A stretch of DNA of 64,000 nt from the human T2T-CHM13v2.0 reference genome, Homo sapiens. Below the pieces are notes generated by a model, which was not told where the DNA came from, ran no database searches, and saw only the letters and a program-made list of their open reading frames with translations. The position numbers were made by a program, and so were the translations under genes. Positions 54,828 to 64,000 of the stretch are shown piece after piece (within the stretch, counting starts at the first letter, position 1; each line of letters starts with the position of its first letter). The DNA lies in assembly GCF_009914755.1 (NCBI RefSeq), contig NC_060932.1; one strand, written 5' to 3'.

Positions 54828-55079
54828 ACTGCATGTTCTTACTTATAAGTGGGAACTGAACAATGAGATAACATGGACACAGGGAGGGGAAAAACACACA
54901 CTGGGGCCTGTTGGGGGGTGGGGTTGGGGAAGGAGAGCATTAGGAAAAATAGCTAATGCATGCTGGGATTGATACCTCGGTGACAGGTTGATAGGTGCAG
55001 CAAACCACCATGGCACACATTTACCTATGTAACAAACCTGCACATCCTGCACATGCACTCTGGAACTTAAAATAAAAAT
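54828..55079 (+). mobile_element. Short L1PA (L1PA8-10-like) 3' end
   Basis: 16-bp TSD aaaatagtatatgtgg at 54812-54827 and 55080-55095. Confidence 0.9.
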
Positions 55080-55095
55080 AAAATAGTATATGTGG

Positions 55096-56585
55096 TACAT
55101 ATGCAAGATATGCAGGCTTGTTACATAGGTAAACATGTGACATGAGGGTTGGTTGTACAGATTATTTCATCACCCAGGTATTAAGCTATTAAGCCTAGTA
55201 TACATTAATTATTTTTCCTGATTTTCTCCCTCCTCCCATCCTTCACCCACTGATAGGCCCCAGTATGGTTTGTTTCCTTTTATGTGTCTGTGTGTTCTCA
55301 TCATTTAGCTCCCACTTGTAAGTGAGAACATGCAGAATCTGGTTTTTCTGTTCCTGCATAAGTTTGCTATGGATAATGGCCTTCAGCTCCATCCATGTCC
55401 TTGCAAAGGACATGTTCTTGTTTTTTTTTTTATGGCTGCATAGTATTCTATGGTGTATATGTACTACATTTTCTTTATCCAGTCTATCATTGATGGGCAT
55501 TTAGGTTGATTCCATGTCTTTGCTATTGTGAATAGTGCTGCAATGAACCCACCCACACATGCATGTGTCTTTATAATAGAACAGTTTATATTCCTTTGGG
55601 CGTATGCCCAGTAATGGGATTGTGAGGTTGAATGGTAATTCTGTCTTTAGGTCTTTGAGGAATCGCCGCACTGCCTTCCACAATGGTTGAACTAGTTTAC
55701 ACTCCCACCAATAGTGTAAAAGTGTTCCTTTTTCTCCACAACTTCTCCAGCATCTGCCTTTTTGTTTAGTTTTGTTTTTAACTTTTTAATAATAGGCATT
55801 CTGACTGGTGTGAGATCGCATCTCATTGTGGTTTTGATTTGCTTGTCTTTAATGATCAGTGATGTTGAGCTTTTTTTTCATATGTTTGTTGGCTGCGTGC
55901 ATGTCTTCTTTTGAGAAATGTCTGTTCATATCCTTTGCCTACTTTTTAATGGAGTTGTTTTTTTTTCTTGCAAGTTTGTTTAAGTCCCTTTGAGATGCTG
56001 GATATTAGGCCTTTGTCAGATGCATAGTTTGCAAAAATTGTCTCCCATTCTGAAGGTTGTCTCTTTAGTCTGTTGATAGTTTCTTTTGCTGTACAGAAGC
56101 TCTTTAGTATAATTAGAGCCTATTTGTCAATTTTTGCTTTTGTTGCAATTGCTTTTGGCATCTTTGTCATGAAATCTTTGCCCGCTCCTATGTCCTGAAT
56201 GGTATTGCCTAGATTGTCTTCCAGGGTTTTTATAGTTTTGGGTTTTATATTTAAATTTTTAATCCATCTTGAGTTAATATTTGTATATGGTATAAGGAAG
56301 GGGTCCGGTTTCAATCTTCTGCATATTGCTAGCCAGTTAACCCAGAACCATTTATTGAATAGGGAGTCATTTCCCCATTGCTTTTTTTTGTCAGGTTTCT
56401 CAAAGGTCAGATAGTTGTTGGTGTGTGGTCTTATTTCTGAGTTCTCTCTTCTGCTCCATTGGTCTATGTGTCTGTTCTTGTACAAGTACCATGTTCTTTT
56501 GGTTATCGTACCTCTGTAATACAGTTTGAAGTCATGAAGTGTGATGCCTCCAGCTTTGTTCTTTTTGCTTAGGATTGCCTTGGCT
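55096..56585 (-). mobile_element. L1 (L1PA13-like) 1.5-kb antisense segment lacking a poly-A tail
   Basis: Antisense 3'UTR and ORF2 C-terminus (minus-strand ORF fragments 55501, 56120). Confidence 0.9.
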
Positions 56586-56951
56586 GTAAGAATGAGATAA
56601 TGTCCTTTTAAGCAACATGGATGGAGCTGGAGGCCATTATCCTGAGGAAACTAACACAGGAATAGAAAACCAAATACCACATATTCTCACTTATAAGTGG
56701 GAGCTAAATGTTGAGTACATGTGGACACAAAGGAGGGAACAATGGACACTGGGACCTACTTGAGGGTGGAGGGAGACAGGAGGATGAGGATCAAAAAACT
56801 ACCTATTGGGTACTATGCTTATTACCTGGGTAGCAAAATAATCTGTACAACAGACCCCTGTGACATGCAATTTACCTGTATAAGAAACCAGCTCATGTAC
56901 CCTGAACCTAAAAAAAAAAGTTTAAAAATAAATGAATAAGTAAATGAAATG
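56586..56951 (+). mobile_element. L1 (L1PA15/16-like) 3' end with A-rich tail
   Basis: gcaacatggatggagctggaggcc...gaggatcaaaaaactacctattggg...cctgaacctaaaaaaaaaag. Confidence 0.88.
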
Positions 56952-58167
56952 AAAATAGTATATATACATATAATATATAAATAGATGTATATGTTTATCT
57001 GTGCATATATACATATACATTTTTAATGTGTGTGTGTGCATGTTTGTGTTACTGAAAATTTTCCCATGTAACCCAATGCAAGGATTGATCCCGGATCTGT
57101 AGCCTGGGACAGTGTTTACAGAATCTGTGGCTTCTAGTTGCTTGGCCTCTTAATCTGGTGGTTGGTCTTAATCTTTTGCTGCAAGAAGCAGCCTTTTTTC
57201 TTATGGCTGGCTGCCACACTAGTCTGCTTACAGAAGTCCAGAGCCATGCCACAGGGTTGAAATTGTGCAACGAGGGTTTCTTCAAGCATATCTCTAACCC
57301 TGACTGCTTGAGCCTGGCCCCTTTCAACAAATTCATCTGTTGCCAGCTGCTTACAGATCCCACTCTACCCGAGAGTGTAGCATCAGTTGAATGACCTTAA
57401 CAATTGGCCGGAATCTTAAGGTTAGTATCATGACCTACCATTGTCAGCTTCGAAGAAGATATGAATGAAGAATAGTATAATTGAGTCACTAGTTCTAAGC
57501 AGTATTTCCGCTGGCTACAGAAACAAGTATTCTCCTTTCTGACTTGATTTTCAGTTGCAACACTATTTGTGGGCAGGTCAGTTTTTTTTAGAGACCATAG
57601 GCACAGCACCTAGAAACTATAAACTTTTAAAGAGCCTACCAAAAAATGTTTAGAAACTTGAAAAAAAGCACATACATTTGTTCTATAGTATGGAAAAGAA
57701 AACTGCAAAAATGGAAGTTAAGAAATGTTTAATTAAATGTCTGTATAACAACATGGTTTGCCAATTTCAGCCATGGTTAAATTTAGTATTTATTCAAATA
57801 TTAGTGATTTTGAAAGCAAATTGTGGGTCAGGTATACTTTTGCTGATAAATCATAGCCAACCATAACTTAGTAAGTTGCTCATAGGCAAATGTTTTTAAA
57901 AACAAATTATAAAAATCCTTTCAAGTTTTTATAGCAAGAATTATTTTTAATGTGGACTATGGGTGCATATTAATATTTTGAGGTAGGAATATTAAAAAGG
58001 AAAAATGCCTAGAGCTATTCATGTTATTTAAAAAAATCCCTGTCTGTGGGTGACTAATTTCATGCATTTTTTAAAAAAGTCAGCCTAAGTGAATTCACAT
58101 ATTATGCTTATTGTTTAACCTTCTATTTCCTAATATTCATTGTACATTGCTTAATTAAGTGTTCTGC

Positions 58168-58480
58168 TGTTTGTTTGTTTGTTTGTTTGTTTGTTTTTGA
58201 GACAGAGTCTCACTCTGTTGCCCAGGCTGGAGTGCAGTGGTGCGATCTTGGCTCACTACAACCTCCACCTCCTGGGTTCAAGCGATTCTCCTGCCTCAGC
58301 CACTTGAGTATCTGGGCTTACAGGCGTAAGCTACCGCACCCAGCTAGTTTTTGTATTTTTAGTAGAGATGGGGTTTCGCCATGTTGTTCAGGCTGGTCCG
58401 GAACCCCCGACCTCCAGTGATCCACCCTTCTTGGCCTCCCAAAGTGCTAGGATTACAGCCATGAGCCACTGCACCTGGCC
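58168..58480 (-). mobile_element. AluS-like with (TGTT)n tail
   Basis: Antisense Alu; TSD tgttctgct. Confidence 0.92.
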
Positions 58481-59431
58481 ACATGTTCTGCTTTATATGA
58501 GGATGCTTAATCTCTAAACACACATCTTAGATTAGCTCCTTGGTGTAAAATGGAAAATTTATAGATATAGAAAGGTTTTGGGACGTGCAAGTACTTTTTT
58601 AGCTGTTAATAGTTGAAGACCATTCAATGAGCTTTGATTATAGTTAAGCTGAATGACAAAGCTAGAATTTGCCCATTAATTTACCCTACAAAATGCAGTT
58701 ATTTTACAAAATTTTTCCTTTCACCAAGTTTATTGCTTTCTGTAAAAAGCTTCTGCTACTGCTGCTCACCCTGAAATGAAGATGTGAGAAGAAGGGCCTG
58801 AACCCTGCCCTTTGAAGAGTTGACTGGCTTGCCCAGTGAGAGCTGTAACATGCAGTGGTGTGTGAATAGGGAGACTCATGCCATGGACCCAACCATTCTG
58901 ATTACTTGACTTAAATTCCACCTCTTCTGTGAAAATGTCTCTGTGTCCCCAAGCCTGGGTTAGGTGCTCTTCCTAGATGTACCCGTTGGAACTCTATAGT
59001 CTCTCAGCATAGCACACTGTTGGTTTCTTTTCATTGTTTGACTATCCTCAAAACTGTAAACTCTTAGAAGAGTGACTGTCTTGTTCATCATTGTCTACCT
59101 AGAGCCTAGCAGAATCCCCAGCATGTAGTACCTGTACAGGTATTTCTGGGTAATATGACAAATGCAAGACTTGCAAATAAAAAATCTTTCAAAGGCAAAT
59201 TTACTGGTGTCATTTAAGAGTTTAAAAATAAAACTATTTTATGAGATGGAAAATGTGAAGATCTTTAATTTTCTAGGGTTATGAAGAAATTTTAGAAAAA
59301 ATGGCTTTGTGTTTTTGAAATGGTGTTAAGGCTAATATCCTTTTAGTTATCACAATTTATAATAAGAAAATTTTCATTTGAGATAAAGCAAGCAGATAAC
59401 TCACAGTAGACTTAAAAACGCCTTTGTTCTT

Positions 59432-59741
<310 letters not shown>

Positions 59742-59849
59742 CCCACCTTTGTTCTTGAACAAATTTGTTATTTGTTCTTGAACCATTATCTCTAAAAGTG
59801 TTTAGTTGTTTATGACAGTCCATGAAAAAAGTGCCAGAATAAAATGCAT

Positions 59850-60232
59850 TGTAGTGGATGCTGTTGGTGCCCTGATTGGACCCCCTTTACTTGGCAGGTG
59901 AACTACATCACCAGCTGCTATGGTGCTGACTGCTAACCACTCATAATTGTCCCCTTCTCCAGATAATTGCCCTTGGAAATGTTATCTTGGCCCTCAGTCA
60001 ACGACTAACTGATTTGGTTCATAGACTCTTATGTGAGTCAACTCTGACGTGTAATTCACACTCCAGAGCTCCCCATGGGATCAGGCAGAAGTTTAGATAA
60101 CTCACTACTCTACCTAACCTCTTCCCTGTCCCTACCCTGCTTCCTTCACTGCCTTACAGGTTTCTTCCAAGAACCCTCCTGCAATAAGTCAAATACACAA
60201 GGATCTGGGTCTGCTTCTAGGATCCTAACCTT
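59850..60232. mobile_element. LTR16-like (ERVL) LTR
   Basis: tgtagtggatgctgttggtgccc...ccagagctccccatgggatcaggc...ctgcttctaggatcctaacc. Confidence 0.6.
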
Positions 60233-60458
60233 AAGCTTTTACTAAAATGAAATTTCAGCTTCTGAGAGTAGGATGACTCCTGATGTCTTTTCGACTTGCT
60301 TGCAGAGGGTTCAAGAGCAAGGAGAATGACACCAGCATTCCCCTCACCCTATACATTTCCAGACTCATTCTACCTGTGATTCACGCTTATTTCTTCGATG
60401 TGATAAGTAGAGCAGGAACCTCAATCTTATTCAAATTAAGTATTTATTAGTGCAATAC

Positions 60459-60752
<294 letters not shown>

Positions 60753-60925
60753 ATGTGCAGTACCTATTTTGTGTCAGTAATGTGTTAAGAAAGTTTTAGG
60801 AATATAGCGATGAATAAAACATAATTTTCTGCCCTCGAAAGAAGAAGAGAAAGAAGAAATTCCAACTTTTGAGGATATTGTTTAGGTAGAATTTAAAGCA
60901 AACAAACATCTTATCCAGTCTCTGC

Positions 60926-61220
60926 TTTATTTGTTTTTTTGAGACAGGGTCTCACTCTATCACCCAGACTGGAGTGCAGTGGTGTGATCACAGCTCACTG
61001 AAGTTTCAACCTTCCGGGCTCAAGCAATCCTCCAGAGTAGCTGGGACTACAGGCACAAGCCACCAGGCAGAGCAATTTTTTTTTAATTTTTTTTTTTTTT
61101 GGTAGAGATAGGGGTGTCTTTATGTTGCCCAGGCTAGTCTTGAACTCCTGGGCTCAAGCGATCCTTTTGCCTCAGCCTCCCAACATGCTGGGATTACAGG
61201 CATGAGCCACCACACCCAGC
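60926..61220 (-). mobile_element. AluJ-like
   Basis: Antisense Alu with gggctcaagcaatcctcc J-type arms. Confidence 0.88.
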
Positions 61221-62015
61221 TGCAGCCTCCACTTTTGATTTGATCACACTGAAGCACTAGCCCTTTCACCAAATTAAGCTCATATGTAGGAGCAACATGT
61301 CATCCTTCCAGATGATATGCACATGATGTCCATAAATCAAGTGAATTCAAACCTCTTCACAAGAGTATCCTTCCAGGGTCATAGATGAGAGCACTGACAG
61401 ACTTGTTTTTTAAACTCCTTCTCACATGATTGGGAGAGGGGATAAATGTGTTATTTCCTGCTGTTCTTCCTTGGAACAATGCAATTTTCTGCAGTTTCTT
61501 TTCTGCAGCTTGCCTCCTTCTGTGAAAAAGATTCCCCTCACTTGTTTTTGGAATGTTTCCCCTCTGGACACAGCCGAGCAGAGACTTGGGGAGAACTCCG
61601 CAGTAATGCTGCAGTTTTGGTTGCTGGGCAGTTGTGTTGGCCACGGGTCCTCTGTGGGCTCACGCATAGGTGCATGTTCACTCCCTATCCAGTGCTGGAA
61701 GAGTTTTAAAGCAGGAAGCAAAAGATGCCTTTTTGGAAATGTCTTCTTAAGTTAGTGAATATGTGCCCAGGGTCCATTTTTCTAAGAACTTCATCTGAGA
61801 AATAAGAATATATTATTATAAACTTATAAACTTATTTTAAAAAATGAGTTAGGTTTTCTTTCAACTCTCTCTTGGCCCCAGGTTTTCTCACTAGTAATAT
61901 GAAGGAGTTAGAATGGATGAGTTCTAATGTCCTATTCATCCGTCACATACTCTGATTGCTGTTTGCCCTTCTTCTTGGACAGGCTACATTTAAACTCCAT
62001 TTAACATAATTTATT

Positions 62016-62308
62016 GGCTGGGTGCAATGCTCATGCCTTTAATCCCAGCACTCTGGGGAGTTAAGGCGTGCAGACTACTTGAGCCTAGGAGTCCGAGACC
62101 AGCCTGAGCAATGTGACAAAACCCCATCTCTACAAAACATACAAAAATTAGCCAGGCATAGTAGCACATGCCTATAGTCCCAGCCATGTGGGAGGCTGAG
62201 GTGGGTGGATTTCTTGCATCCAGGAGGTCAAGGCTGAGGTGAGTCATGATTGTGCCACTGCACTCCACCCTGGGTGACAGAGCAAGACTGTCTCAAAAAA
62301 AATAAAAT
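62016..62308 (+). mobile_element. AluJ-like
   Basis: Diverged dimeric Alu, ggaggtcaaggctg. Confidence 0.88.
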
Positions 62309-62475
62309 AGTTTATTTCAACTTATATCAGCATTAATTTGTATTGTTTAGTTAGCAGGTCTAAGGACCTGTGTATGTGTGTGTGCAAAGTAATCTGTATC
62401 AGGGTTTATCAATACTAATATTTTTGAGTGAAGTGAAAGAATATAAGTAGTAGTAAAAATAAAAATACTAATATA

Positions 62476-62890
62476 TTTCAGGATTGGACAGCAATTCTAA
62501 TAAACAACCCTAAAATCTCAGTGGTTTAATGCAATAAAATGAAATAGAATGAAAGTTCATTGCTTGTTCACAATCCAGAGCTGTCAGCAAGGGTGGGTGG
62601 AGGAGTGGGGGTTAGGGGGTCTCTGCTCCACACAGTCATTTAGGAACTCAGGGTCTTTCCATCTTGGAACACTCTCATCTTCAACATTTGGCCTTTAAGA
62701 TTGCTCCAGAGTGAGAAAATAAAGTGTAAAATCACCCACTGGAAATTTTTATGAGCTAAAAACTCATACTAGCCCCTTGAAACTAGCCACTTTTCATTGG
62801 CCAGAACTCAGCCATGTGGCTCCAGCATAATTGCAAAGAGGGTGCAAAACAGCTAAGCAATGTGCCTAGGCAGGAAAGGAAAACCACAAA
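62476..62890. mobile_element. MLT1J/K-like LTR relic
   Basis: aaacaaccctaaaatctcagtggttta...ttcattggccagaactcagccatgtggc. Confidence 0.6.
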
Positions 62891-63012
62891 TATTGGTGAG
62901 CCCACGCATCCCCTGCCTTATCTGGTTTCTGACTTGCTGGCATTCTGAGGTTGAGAGTGTGGCAAAGGGCTTTGCTGACCAGTGTTTCTCCTCCACACTC
63001 GTCCTACCCCTG

Positions 63013-63857
<845 letters not shown>

Positions 63858-64000
63858 TCACTGGAAAAGTGGCAAGAATGTCAGAAAGGGAATTGGGAGA
63901 GTCTGCAAAGATGCCAGGAGAAGTTTGAGTTGGTTTGAGATGGAAAATAATTATTCCAATGGGACACCAATTCCGTGGTGAAAATTAAGTTTCTCCCTAT

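Noticed and set aside
61357-61755. Four overlapping ORFs on both strands suggesting a nested gene
   Set aside because: No recognisable protein motif or convincing splice sites; explained by locally higher GC lowering stop frequency

Overview
Primate (human-like) genomic DNA lying inside COL14A1 (collagen XIV alpha-1, a FACIT collagen), transcribed on the + strand. Fifteen internal coding exons can be read by hand (2728-48686, 1586 nt, all GT-AG, phases consistent, one continuous frame). They encode the second vWA domain, the thrombospondin-N/laminin-G-like domain, the Cys-rich linker and the start of the Gly-X-Y COL2 helix. From recall these are about exons 26-40 of 48; that numbering is not verified here. 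The next Gly-X-Y exon is not in the window, so 48687-64000 is intron. The rest is intronic and repeat-rich: 18 Alus, L1 fragments (two with twin-priming inversions, one apparent two-subfamily chimera), L2/MIR relics, THE1/MLT/LTR16 LTRs, two MADE1 MITEs and microsatellites. Repeat subfamily labels are assigned by eye. I see no evidence of a new gene or a new biological system. The oddities most worth checking are a ~97%-identical copy of an exon's 5' splice site placed 1.09 kb upstream next to an inverted AluY pair that brackets that exon, several local templated insertions, an L1 site with a triplicated target site, a 47-bp target-site-like duplication, and a perfect 20-bp-stem palindrome.
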